From Polymyxa betae A26-41 (Eukaryota > Protista > Endomyxa: Phytomyxea): 37,150 nt of DNA. The first letter of the stretch is position 1. Each line of letters opens with the position of its first letter. The notes beneath the pieces are model-generated. The model worked only from the letters and a program-made list of their open reading frames with translations. It did not search any database and had not been told where the DNA came from. Location: contig RBZT01000852.1 of the NCBI GenBank assembly GCA_003693705.1, positions 1 through 37,150 on the forward strand, read 5' to 3'. Below are positions 23,379-35,835 of this stretch, in pieces. Both the position numbers and the translations under genes were made by a program.

Positions 23379-25582
23379 CAACACCAAAATTGCGCGCAAA
23401 TTAATCGAATGTGCTTCCTTCTGACTTTCGGCTCTCCAGTAAATTCGTTGGTGGGAGACAGGAGTCTGACAGTCAATGATCGCAGGTCCTGCGACGCCTC
23501 AAGTTACGATCGATCAAGGTGTAGAGTGGATTCACCCATTGATTATTAGCTAGATCAATCCCGGGTTCGCTGTCTTTGTGATATAGTTTTTATCTTTGGC
23601 TCATCTTGAAACAATTCCAGAACGATACCGTTGTTGTTGCTAATAGGCTATCTACAGCTATAGTTGAAATTTTTTAGATTTATTCCTTGCGAAATCAACT
23701 TCCTGAAGATGTGTCGAACGTGATAAGTTGACGTTATAAGTTGACTTGAGACTGTAATATCAAATCTGAAAAAGATTTACATTCCCAATCTGAATAACGG
23801 AAATTGCCAGATTGAACCTTAAAAAACAAATGAACATCTGTAAAGCATTAATTTAAGTCCTGGATTGTTATCAATCATGGCGATTCTTGCTTATGTCGAT
23901 CTGTCTTCGCCTGGATACTGAGAATCCAAAATCTTGAAATCGTTATTCATTCGCATTGAATATCCACGCTCATTCATCGCCTTTGTCAATTTGCATAGCC
24001 GCTAGATATTTTTGGCCTTTCGTCCAAACGCTTCAAGATTTTCAACAATATTGTTCACGAACGATAACCTGATGTGAAAAACCAATGCAAAATTTATGCA
24101 ATGATATGCTGCAAGCTCAATGGTTTGCGGAACCCTGTTCTTCTGAAGCTCACTGTTGGAAGCAGTTGCCATTCAAACAAATGAGTCAGGTTTGTTCTGG
24201 AAAGACTTTCCCGTTGCTACCGATTGAATGTCTTGATCGGTATTTGCTGAAAAAACAATTGAAATTCATCTATCGAACTCCTTCACAAAAGGTACAGTTT
24301 TTGAATCAATTCAAATTGCCTGACAGATTTCATTTTATTGGGAATTGCCGGTGATCAACGAGTTACTAACCAGGGTTCTTTCAACATTTATGCTTGCAAA
24401 TCCCGAAGCACAAGGCTTAGGAGCTGGGCTGCTTACATTCGCTTATAGAAATCCAGTGAGTATATCTTACATGCAAGGCTGAATTGCCACCTAGTTCCTG
24501 ACGAACTCGTCCAAGGATGACGGTTTGGTAGCAGTGCTGTAATGGTTGCGCTGATAGGCGGCTCTAACCGAGCCGTTGTTGAATTTCTGAAGTCTGCTTG
24601 CCTTCTGAGGTTGATATCCACTAGCCAACCGTGTTAATGTCGGCATTCGCATCTCGGTCAAATGGTTTGAATAAGGTCATTTTGGTACGTCGGTTGGCAG
24701 TGATGAAAATTGTGCATGTAGAATGGGTCGCTAGGTCGAATGGCCTCAAAATCGACCGATTCTAAGGAGCAGCTTATCCAGTTTGCCAAGGATTTCCGCG
24801 CACTCTTACAAAGCGATCCGCAGAATCCCAGTAAGGCAGCTCGCAGATGGGCCAATTTTTCATCTGGAAAATGTACAGCCTGTACCGTATCTGAAGCCTG
24901 CCCAGCCTGCACGATCGCGAAGAAGAATGCAAAGAGCCGCATACAAGTACTGTTTACTTTCTTTTGACAGAATCTATTCGATTCTTGCGCGATCCTTAAT
25001 AAAGACGTTCGAGTTTAGGCGCATCCATCAACCTTTGTCTTTACGATGCTGTTGGCTGCTCTTCGTTCGAATTCTTTCTACGCATTCAGCTGTGAAGTCA
25101 ACGTCTGAAAATTTTCAGAGATGCCCCTTGCTGGTGGTGGGCTGGCTGATGAACCAGGCGCATCCTGAGCTACAGATCTGACAGTGCATTGATCTTCAAT
25201 TAGCAGTTCCTGGTTGTGTCAACTTTTCTGCGAAATCGAAACCAGAAATGATCTCAAAGTGGACAATAATCTTTTGCTAGTGGAGATCGGTATTTATTGC
25301 AGCAAATGAACATGATCCATAGGAGCACGCCACGCTTAGGATGCTGTGAGCACCAGTGTTCAGCATCCCTTGCATGTGCCAAACGCAATCTTTATTGGGT
25401 CGTATCGCAGATCTGATGCACTTTTATAAAATTTTTGGCGATATCCTGTTCCAAAAATTCGGGGACATTCGGAATTGGATACCGGACGTTGATATTCATA
25501 ACTGGCTCCTGAACTGGTTGTTGTGGCAGTTGTCGCTCTCGAGTAGGAAGTTTGCGAATTCGATTTACTTCTGACCATGAGA

Positions 25583-26224
25583 TCATGAACCCTGTGAACG
25601 GAAGCAAAACAATAATGGGTCAATAACGCAATAATAATGTTCGCCCAGTTCTTCACGAATCTGTTTACGAACGATAACGGCTGCTGCTTTCACCAACTCT
25701 TTTTGTACGTCCGGAGATGTGTACTTGGCATTTCGAGGTGAACTTCTCACAACCTTTTGCAATTCTGGATCATTCTGGATAAGGAAATCTAGTGTTTCGA
25801 GAAAGTTTCCCCAATTCAAGGAGTCAGCACTCTCATCGTGTCCACGAAACGCCAAGACCTGTCTTGCAAGATGCAGTGCTGTTATGGCAACCGCCACTAT
25901 GTGCCTTGACTGAGCATTCTTCTGATTTTGGTCAAGAGTTGAAAGAGCTGTTGGCAGGACTTTAGACTTCCGGAAATTCATCGCCGGTTCTAAATATGTC
26001 TGAGGATGGCTGTTGGAGCTATCACTCGTGGGGGGTTCGCTCGGTGGATCCGCTTGACCGCTGATTGCCACTAGGGGAGGTATTTCGCATAGCTGCAGTG
26101 TGATGGGATCGATACCGACAACTTGGTCGAGCTCCTTCTCGTCCAACAGGTTCGTCATTCTTCGGGCCCACCCTGCGAAGTTTGTGCATTCGAATTTGGG
26201 CACAACCTCATCCCCTTTTCCCAT
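25583..26224 (-). CDS. Chimeric ORF: copia gag N-terminus fused in frame to a hAT transposase (DUF4371/ZMYM1-like) fragment
   Basis: N-terminal VPKFECTNFAGWARRMTNLLDEKELDQVV (copia gag). C-terminal LARQVLAFRGHDES...GNFLETL...SPRNAKYTSPDVQKELV...IREELGEHYYCVID (hAT motifs up to the first catalytic Asp). Confidence 0.8.
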   Translation of the reverse strand: MGKGDEVVPKFECTNFAGWARRMTNLLDEKELDQVVGIDPITLQLCEIPPLVAISGQADPPSEPPTSDSSNSHPQTYLEPAMNFRKSKVLPTALSTLDQNQKNAQSRHIVAVAITALHLARQVLAFRGHDESADSLNWGNFLETLDFLIQNDPELQKVVRSSPRNAKYTSPDVQKELVKAAAVIVRKQIREELGEHYYCVIDPLLFCFRSQGS

Positions 26225-26241
26225 TTCCGTCAACTGAGAGG

Positions 26242-26329
26242 ATGGGACTCTTAATCTGTGACGAGTTCTTATCATGCGTTAATCAAGTGTGTTTGACGCC
26301 TTGTAACGCGCTGGTTACGACTCATCACA
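26242..26329 (-). mobile_element. Copia 5' end: candidate 73-bp LTR (26257-26329) and PBS (26242-26256)
   Basis: Minus strand TGTGATGAGT...ACTCGTCACA (9/10 terminal inverted repeat) is followed directly by GATTAAGAGTCCCATCC, identical to the 6315 site, then the gag ATG. Confidence 0.65.
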
Positions 26330-29300
26330 TTTAGCTCCGGATTTTGAGGGCTACACTGACTCTGCGATAAGTCAAACCGGTGATGACCACGCTCATGTGC
26401 CCAGACAATGAATAAGAACACGGCAGCCTCATTGGTGTCTCGCTCGGCGATACACGATATTGCCCAAGCAGTATAGGAGAGCATCAGAATTTCCCCAGAA
26501 TCGAAGCGGTCGTGAACGGCATAAATTTCGAATGATGGACCAGGATGATGGGGAAAGTCAAGAACAATTTTTACCTTTGGAAACGGATTCTCATCAACAA
26601 GTTGAATGGTGAGTTCGACGTCCTTTTTTTAATGACTTCGAAAAACTCTTGTGGACTCTGGTAGAAATCGAATTCCTTGCAGAGACGCGCGAAAACATCA
26701 CCAGGGAGCTCGTTTTTGACATTATGCCCTCGAACCAGTAGACGCCAAACAGCTCTTGCAGCGATTGTTTAGATATTCCCGACATCTTATCCATTATCCT
26801 CTACATCCAGCTGTTTTAGTTGTACACCGAAAGCCTGGCAGCCCCCAGAGAAAACCATTAAGAATTGCGATAGCCAAATCAGAGGAAAAAATTGCGAGCA
26901 TCCGCCACAGAGCGAATTTGTTTAAAATTTTATCAATACAATTTTCAATTCATATCATGATTTCTGTGTATCAATCAAGGTTGTAATGCTCTAATCATTG
27001 ACAGTATGATAGTTCTAAACAGTAATATTGGTAGCCATGTTGGCCTGCAAACCCGTATTTATCTTTCTTTCTCGCTGCCAATTTTCCATTATGTTGCATT
27101 GCTTACTAACCTTCCTGATTAGCACAGGTCTCTACTGGGAATGGAACCGAAAAAAAGTGTATTCGATTTCGAGACGCTCTGCTATTTGGAGAAATCATTG
27201 TAGTTGTGGGAGATGTTATCGCATATCCATAACTTCCACTATGTAGCTCTGTGGAATTGGATACTATTCAGTTGCCGCTCGAATTTATGGCAAAGCTTCT
27301 TCGCTGAACTTTGCGAATGGAGAAGCTGTTTCCGTCGGTCTTTAGAAGCTAATCATATCAAGCCGCATCAATTCAGGTCTATGCCGGTGACAACCGGTTT
27401 TTCATCGCGTTCTGCTGGGTCTAACACCCACCTTCGTTTCTGCAAGGACTAAAGATGAGTTCACAGCTGGCTAACCTCTACTGTCTCATTTCTGGTCAGC
27501 CATCCGAACGAAAGTGTCTGTGGAAAGCTAAGCCCCGACATGTCGAGATTGTCAAGTCATTTTCTTCTATCATCAATCATGTTGTTTTTATGTGCTCATG
27601 AAATAAAGTAAATAATAACACTTTTAACCCTCCATTTCACTCTATTTTATTTCAGCGATTTTTCCTTTCTTTCCATTTGCATTTTTCGAACGGGGTTCAA
27701 GTACAGAAAGAACAACTTTCTCACTACGCGTCTGGTTTCGTCTCTTTCAGCTTGCGTTCAAGATTGGTTTGCTAATTTCGTGGGAGATTGGGTTGGATCA
27801 ACGTCTGCTCAAAGGGAGCCAAAGTTGATGATCGGAAATATCGTTTTCGGCATGCTGAATAACTGATAGCGAAATCATCCCAGAATTGAGAATCGTCACC
27901 AGTAAAATCGGATCTGAACAGATAGTCAGCGACGCTGCAGCCTGCTTTACTTGGCAATTGTTAACGAACTGAGTCTTGTATGAACCTTGACAAGAGTTTG
28001 CTAAGTTGGATGTGTATTCTGAATTAATCTTATCTGTTTATGAAGCCGGAAAAACATTATCGTGGCGAGCGTGGAGTTTCACACATAATGGAGAGCTACG
28101 TACTTGGTGCAGAAGATCTTGTTTTAGGGAGCCGATTCAGCCAACTTGGGGACGAGCAGCATGAATTGATAGCCCGGCATTAGGGAACTGACATCTATGG
28201 TGATTTCGATAGAGTTTTCGAATACAGGAAGCAATCTATTACAGATACATTGGAAACTTGTGTAGACAGCGAAATAAACGACTCAATAATTTGCTTCCAA
28301 TTTGGGCTTCATGCACAGGTGAACAGTGAAAAACGAAATGGGACAAATGAATATGTCTGACAATTCCGAGATGAGAACAATCCAAGAAAATGGAGAAATT
28401 CAGTTATAAGTAGGAAAGCTCCAGAGATCGATCTACCTACGCTGGAAGCTCGAGCCCAGGTGCGTCGTACCGACATTTTGTCGTGATTCGCGACATCAAT
28501 GACTCAAATTCTCTCATCATGTCCATCTTCGCACCGAATTTCTCGTCATAAACCATTTGAAGCAGGTCTATAAACAGATTCATTGACTAATAGAGCTATA
28601 TTCTGGTCAATTTATGCATAAATCTCTTGTAAACTTGCCATCGTTCTTGGCGCTGTTTGAATAGATCTTGCATGGTTGCGTTCAAACGGCTTAGATCAAT
28701 GCGAACGAAAACCTTAATCGCATACGGTCAATTGAATGCCAACGAATTCCCACCAGTACGACCTGTCTGTTGAAGCTGGATTGGCGGGCGGCATTCATTA
28801 TCATGAAATGGCTCTTCGTGCTCTGAATTCCGTGAAGACTGGGGTCACTGCTCGACCAAGCAAAACCCAAGAATCGCATACAGATTGCCCTGCTACGATT
28901 GCCAATCGCCCTTCGGCATCATTGATCCACACGATCCTCATTTCTCCAATTCAGGTTTACGTGTTTGGAAGGCAAATCTTCCTCATTTCATCACTGAAAC
29001 TTTCAGGCAGCTCAGCACTTCTCTAGAATGCAAACCTTGGGAAAGTCAGAAAAGGGCAGCGTTGCTGAATGACAATCGCTCTTGCAGAGATCTGTCTTGA
29101 AATGTCTTAAAAGCTCTAACGCTGCAATTGTAGAGTTTTGAGAATTGGCGATGAGGCCGATCTGGCTCGCCATCGTTCATGTCTTTACGATTACACAACA
29201 AGCTCAAATAAATCTCTGAAAGTCTTATTTCCTGGATTCCGGCATCTTTTTCGGTTTCCTTTTCTGACTGATTCTGTGATAAATCTTTCGTTTTTCTAGA

Positions 29301-31294
29301 ACATGCAAACCGTAGCTTTAGCTATCAAAATGCACTTTATCAAAAAATCAACTTGGCAATATATTGGCTGATGCAAACTGTAGGCTCTTTGAGTGATGTT
29401 GAAGCTGCCGATCGTTGGAGAGCAATATCGCTCCGAGATGGCTGATGGCCAAGGGCAGTGGCTCAGGACAATCTCAGGCTCGATCCAGAATGGTGCCATG
29501 GCATTCAGCACTTCCATGCCGCTCGAGGCCATTTCCCGTTACGTCCAGATTATCTTTCTATATCGTTGGCTCCGGGCTTCACCTTGATTCATTTTTATTT
29601 CAATTATGTGCAATTATCTATATACCTAGCTCGAGTTAGAAGGTTTCGCATTACGAATTTTGTTTTCAAAAATATGCTAATATTTTTAATTATACGGATA
29701 TTTTGCTCCTGGCAAGATGCAATGGCAACTGCCAAAAACGGCATGGCGACTGCTGTCAACTCCTGCATTGCAAACTAAACAGGACTTCTCAAGGAACTTC
29801 ACGGATAAAGAAACGAACAACGAATTTCTCTCTCATCTCTGCCTTTTGCTCGGTTTGCTAGTCACTCTAATTCTGTCACAAAAATTGTTTGGAAAAAATT
29901 TCTGGACCCATCTAAAGTTCATTCACGAACCAAGAATCCCATTCAATGTACGTAAACTACTTAACATCGTCGGAAGCTGTATTCCTGTGGGATCTTACAA
30001 ACAGTTGTATTTGTTCGTCAAACTAATCCTGAGAGGAACAGCTCAAGGCTGGACTGTCGCTGGGCTAAGTTGGCGCCTGCAGGAGGAAAGCATCACAAGT
30101 CGATATAAGCTGCATGAATTATCATACCTGGAATTTGAACATTGTAAAACCACTCTAAACCATCAATATCGGCGTTCACAAGGCCAGCAACCGCACCTCT
30201 TGCCAAACCTATTGCTGGAAAGAACGCTGTTCCTGGAAAAACAGTTCCGATGGGAACTGGGACGGGAAGTGCTGCTAGCACGGGATCCTGGGGATTCCGA
30301 CCTACTGCGTGTCCAGGAGCTTCCTTAAGGAATGCTCGATATGTCATTCCCAGAAACGGAGCAGCACCAGTATGGACATGCTCATTACGTCACTCGATTT
30401 TCTGGTTCTGAGAACTGAATAAGACGATCAATGGGATTGCTACAGAAAATGTCAAACCTGAAGCCTTGTAGCTATGAGATCCAAAGTGGCAGTATGCTGG
30501 TTCAACGTGGCAGTATTTTGGGCCTGCAACGCTCTGATTGGAGCCAACGCTCGATTCAAGGCAGCAGGTAACCCCCCAGGGACAGCAGCGCGAACGATAT
30601 TCTGCATCTCTGGTGACTGATCAAAGGCAACCTCAGCTGTGTATAACTAAACGACAGTAATTCAGGTCCGAAAAATGCGATTCATATAAACATTAGATAC
30701 TATAGCATTGGCTACATCCGTGGGAGTAGCAGCAGCAGGTCGCTCTCCTTGACCAAACAGGGTATTGGTGGTACATTCTATGGCTGTTCTCAGATCCGCC
30801 ATGGTGGATTGCCCAGCTGGTATCTGGGGCGGCTGCGGGAATCTAGCTGCTGCACGACGGCTCTGCCTTGGGGCGCGCGGCATCTCTGCTTTGTGTCGTT
30901 GTTTCGGCAAATTAAATAGTCAGGTCGCGAAGAAAATTGCGCATCACTCTCCGCAGTTCTCACACTCGCGCGCTTCGTTTTCGAGGGTGTCCTAACTGTT
31001 ACTGTTGCGGACAGCTTAACTCTGTAATCAGTGACAATTCGACAAAAAAAGTGAGCACGCAAACATAAAAAGTGCGAGCGCAAGAAATAAAAAAAATGAA
31101 GAAAATGTCAAGAATGCTCAAAATTCGTAGCGAGATTTTTCGATGCTGTCAATAGCGCTTTACAGCATACCCGATCTGTTCCGGCGTTAAAGAGTCAGAT
31201 CCCTGGACACGATAGGCGCCGATGATTCGATATAATTTCCGCGCGAATTTGCGAATCTTCGCAACAGAAACGCTTTCTAATGCCAATGAAACTA

Positions 31295-32010
31295 CAGTAA
31301 ATGTTTTTATTAAGGTTTTTTCATATAAGCCCTGAACCCTGATTTCGGATGCCTAAGACCCTGGACGCTGGAAATCCGGTCCCAGGGTCTTATTAGGAAC
31401 ATTCATTTACTACTAATGCTATTTGCAATAAACTCGATAGCGTAAACTTGCCCTGGCCATCGACTTGAAAGCTCAATTTAATTGGAACTTTTTGTTAACG
31501 AATACTACAAAATCGATTTTGCGAAGCCTGTCTCGGAACGCACCAGCAGGAGCTCAAATCTTGATGAGCTCTTTCTCCTCATCGAATGGCGACCAAACTC
31601 TCATCGGAAATAAGAGAGAAAGGGATCGTTTCAGCTCCCCGTTAAACAATTCATGGACAGGTTGCGCCCAAGGACTGTATCGTAGTAAATGTCAACCGGA
31701 TTGAACTCGGTGCCAGTCTGGGACAAGATTGGTTCGGCGAGCCTTTCGTTCCTGGCCCATATTTCCTTGCCAAAATGGAGAATACTCGTCCAATATTCAA
31801 ATGGAAGTTATTTTGGCTATCAACACGCATCTCTCTTGAAAAAACGACGAATTTGCTAGATATTTTGATGCAAAAGTGATAGGATCCGCAGTTTCTTTAT
31901 TAAGGCCCTCAAAAAGACGTTGGCACCTTGATAAGGCCCTCAACACTCAGTTTGGCTAAGACCCTGGACCCTGCCAATATTCACCAGGGCCTTATTAGAA
32001 ACTTTTACTG
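31295..32010. mobile_element. Non-autonomous Tc1/mariner (pogo/Tc2-like) element with TA TSD
   Basis: TA|CAGTAAATGTTTTTATTAAGG ... CCTTATTAGAAACTTTTACTG|TA (18/21 TIR match). Repeated TAAG(A/G)CCCT / CAGGG(T/C)CTTA motifs at both ends. No transposase seen. Confidence 0.75.
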
Positions 32011-33001
32011 TATCTGAACCAAATGATTGAAATCGTAATTACAGTGTCTGTAAAACACATCTCGATTTTTAATTGAACTCACAGTAATATTTGGGTCGAA
32101 ATCGATCGAAAACCCAGCCGAGGTTACACAGAGAGGCGAAACAGCCAGGTCACGTCCAACCGCTACAAAATGGATTCTGGCCCTTGTCACCGATTGCGTA
32201 CAAAACGTATTTAATGGAATTTCTTCGCGCTGGCATCTGCTTCACCACCGCCCACGACGTCCTGGTCCGTTTTACTGGACAGAACAACACAGTCTTTGAA
32301 CGTCGCTCTTGTCCGAACGCCAGCATTGGCGTCCTAGTCCTGCCCGCAGTCGATTTGCTTAATCATTCTGTGTGGAGGATCTGCATGTGTGTATGGGGCG
32401 AATGGGGCCCCGATCTGGGGGCGCGGAATCCTGTTCCGAACGGGGTTGCGGCGGCGCTAGCCCCAGTGTTCCCATTGATTGGAGTCGAATGTTTCAGACC
32501 ATCTTCGTATGGCGACCACTTTTTGTATTACAAAATCCTGTCTAATTTCGCTCTCTACTCATTTTTCTCCGCTATAAAACTGCTTATCTGATCGCTTGTG
32601 AGAATTTTACAAAACTTTTTGTGAAATTTATTGTAGTTATAGGGCGGATTGGATTGCAATCGATTTCCGATTTGATTGGAAAAGGACAACAAGGCCGCAA
32701 ACGTCTACGTTGAATGGTCTGTCATGGAGGCCGTCCTGTTCAGCATCATAACGTTGCGTTACACGAGCGGACCAACGACTCGATCGTCTCCAAATACCAC
32801 CAGCAACAGCAGCACGACCACCGATCGTCCAGAGCGATCAATCCGTCCGAGCTCCGGAACGACCGGAACGTGGATTGATCTCGACGGAATCGGCTCGGGT
32901 CCCTTTCCGCCAAGTCCCGCCCTCCTTCTCATTATCCAATCCGCTCTACAATTATCAAACCCCGATTCTATTCTATTTATTTATATCCAAATTAATCAAA
33001 T

Positions 33002-33790
33002 ATGAAAACGACGATGGTCATGCTGGGCCTTGCCTCGGTGTCCGGTGTCATTGCGCAGGTCGCCCCTGTCGAAGGTAACCCTCCACATAGCGTTACAATG
33101 CCCATAATCTGACTGCTGCGAACAGCTGGTGTCACCGAGCCGATGGATTTCGCTACTGATATCAACAATCTCGTGACTCTGGATGGTAACGTGGCCGGAC
33201 GGGATCTGCTGTCAGCGACGCAAGATTACGTTACAGGTTCGTGGCAGGACGAACTCATTGATAACGCCCGCAACCTGTTCCGCGTCTACTCCGACGAACA
33301 GTTCCAGGAGGACGTCGAGCGCGATCTGTCCCAGGCTCGCGAAGTCGAGCAGGTTGTGAGCCCGCCCGCCGCCGCCGACGACGCTCAACAAGCGCTGGCA
33401 GAGGCTCCCATCCAACAGTTAGTGAAAGATCTGCAGGAAGGCCGCCGCACAGTCGAGGATTTGACTGAGCAGGAGACCGTGCAGATCTGCCGGTACTACA
33501 AGTCGTCGTTGAATAACGTTACGTGCGGCGTGGCCCTCCAGATTTTAGAGTGGCTGGACCTTAGCGAGGCCTCCGGCGACGCCGATTTCGTGGATAGGTG
33601 GTTCCGCTCCCAGCAGCCGAACGTCAACGCCGTCGAGGGGAACGAAACGCCCGTGGGCGAGCACGGCATGACGTTCGAGGATTTCTATAACACGAACTGG
33701 AACCAGGAGTGGAACGCGGCCTCGTCCGAACCTGATGCGGACTCGACGGCATCGACGGCGGCCACTACGAATGATATGGATACGGATTGA
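33002..33790 (+). CDS. Secreted acidic helical protein, ~245 aa, 2 exons (33002-33074, 33126-33790)
   Basis: Signal peptide MKTTMVMLGLASVSGVIA; a 51-nt intron GTAACC...CTGAC...AACAG splices in frame into ORF 33143-33790; GC3-rich codons; AATAAA just after the stop. Confidence 0.85.
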
Positions 33791-34243
33791 GTCAATAAAC
33801 ATTGTCCTGTCTTTGTGCACATTTTGGCTGTTATTGAGCTCCGAGACAATTTGACATGAGGAATCATGAGTAACGAAACCCGAGGTGTGAATGGTTCCTC
33901 ATCACAGTTTATAGTGCTACTGGGAGCTTCTGGAGAAAAACTACCGTAACATTAACTTATGAGGGCCGTACTATTGTCCAGTGATAATTCACAGCCCTAC
34001 TCTGTAAAAGAGAAAGCGCTATCAGTATGTTAAAACCGGCTCTGAGTACCCTTTCGAATCCAGTTGAGAAAATCCGCAAACACCGTTCAAAATGCGCTGA
34101 ACTTTGCGCTCCGATGAGAATTAATAATTGGCCTTGGTGGGCCACATTGAACAGAAACACAAAATTGTTGTTTGTTATTGCTGTTTATTGAGGTAGATCA
34201 CAGATAAGGCATCTTTATAACAGCGTCGAGCAGGAATACGATC

Positions 34244-35835
34244 AAACCCTAACCCTGGAAGGGGCTTCGTTTGAACCATAGTGATGATTACCAGCGAGAT
34301 GTTGCGATCATCGCCAAAACGTCATGTGACGTTAACTGACTGAAAGAAGCGAAGCATTCCGGGTGGAAGACGCCGCAGGTCATGCTGGGCCATGCCGCAG
34401 AGTCACGTCACAAGATTTGGATGCCGAGATGGCAGAAGAGGTCAACAATCTTCAGCATTCCACAATTCCACGCATTCGCAGCTATCAATGATGGGCCAGT
34501 ATCACCCAGGTATTCAATCTCAGCTAGTAAAGATTCTCATAAAAAGTTTTCAAAGTTTCGACTTCAGATACTCACTGAGTTGGCGAACGTGGTATCATAA
34601 TGCTTGACGTTACTTCCTATCGGGCTGTTCTATACTACGTATAATATAATACTGGAGGATCAAGGCTGGCAAGGGTTTATTTGCAAAAAAAGTTCCATAA
34701 ACTTCTTCATTCTGATTTGGCAAACAGCACCTCTTTCAGATAACCCTAAACCCTAATCCAATACTTCAGGTCGTATCCAGCGACATCTGGGTGATCTCTC
34801 TAACCACTTTGTCTACGACAAACCAACCGTGGTGAATATCAGAAGGTGAATATTAGAATTGTATATTGATGAGAACAGGCTCGGACCATGTCCGGAAAGG
34901 TTCCACAGGCTGGAACATTCCAGCAGTTTACATGGCGCGGGCTGCGGAAAGTTCCGCAGAATATCCGGGTGGCCGTCGCTACTTTATTGCCATCATCACA
35001 GGTCGCTCCAATGAGCTAGGGTTTTAGGGTTTCGGATTCATTCCGATGAATTAATCTCAGATGGTTTCCGACGCCAACTTCCGCTCCATTCCCCTCCATA
35101 TGTAGTCTATTGATCCACAAACCTGGTCGGCATGGGCGCCATTACACCGACTCTAATCATCGCCGTCGTGCTGGCCCTGGTCGCGGACCTCGTCCAGAGC
35201 CAGCTTCTCGATCCAGGTCCGTCATTGAATTCGTTCGCATTCCGGCAATTGTCAACGCTTACGTTTCCTACCACGAACCCAAGGCCCCCACCACATTTTA
35301 CGTTACAGTTTCGGTTTCGATTGCGTTACTCACTGCGTTTCTGCTGTTGAAACTTCAAAGGCTGTGGATTTTTACGTTACTGAATATCAGCTGTAACAAA
35401 TACTGAGCCAAGTCAAGGCTGGAGAAATCTATTCCGTTCGAGATCGTATCCGGGGCTACCAAGTCCGAGCATCTGGCTGGGCACCAGCTGTAGTCCGGAC
35501 TCGCTGGCGCTGCTGGACCACTGGAAGCATCAGCAAATAGAGCGCCAGGCGGACTTCACGGCCTCCGTCGGCGAGAATTCGAAATTTCGCCGCAGCATTT
35601 CGGACAGTTTCACCGAAAGCCAGCTGCTGCGGCTCGTGCAGATGTTCGAGCAGCATTGCCGCAGTTCAGACCACTGTTACGTTACGGAGTCCGCACTGAA
35701 GATTCCGCAGAAGGAAGGAAGTCCGGAGGTTTGTCTCCGCGTCTCGATTCTGAGCGACCCTATGAAGTTGATCCGCGATGGCTTCCAGTCGCTTCCTATT
35801 CGAGTTTGCGAACCTCAGGTAGGGTTTAGGGTTTT
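34244..35835. repeat. Dispersed telomere-like or telo-box dimers: 34244-34256 and 34742-34756 (CCCTAA strand), 35017-35032 and 35820-35835 (TTAGGG strand)
   Basis: aaaccctaaccct, aaccctaaaccctaa, tagggttttagggttt, tagggtttagggtttt. Confidence 0.65.

Noticed and set aside
24740-24970. Small ORF with CxxC-x5-CxxC (CTACTVSEACPAC)
   Set aside because: Possible zinc-binding peptide, but the apparent 24-nt intron leads to an early stop; support is insufficient.
26242-26256. Possible tRNA-Lys gene (anticodon arm TGGGACTCTTAATCT on the + strand)
   Set aside because: No D-arm, T-arm or acceptor stem in the flanks; better explained as a retrotransposon PBS.
26500-30950. Scattered ORFs including 29717-30328 (+) and 30662-30910 (-)
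   Set aside because: No consistent gene model or domain; likely decayed or intergenic sequence.
32091-33005. ORFs 32091-32591 and 32676-33005
   Set aside because: Non-ATG starts and composition typical of promoter or intergenic DNA upstream of the 33002 gene.
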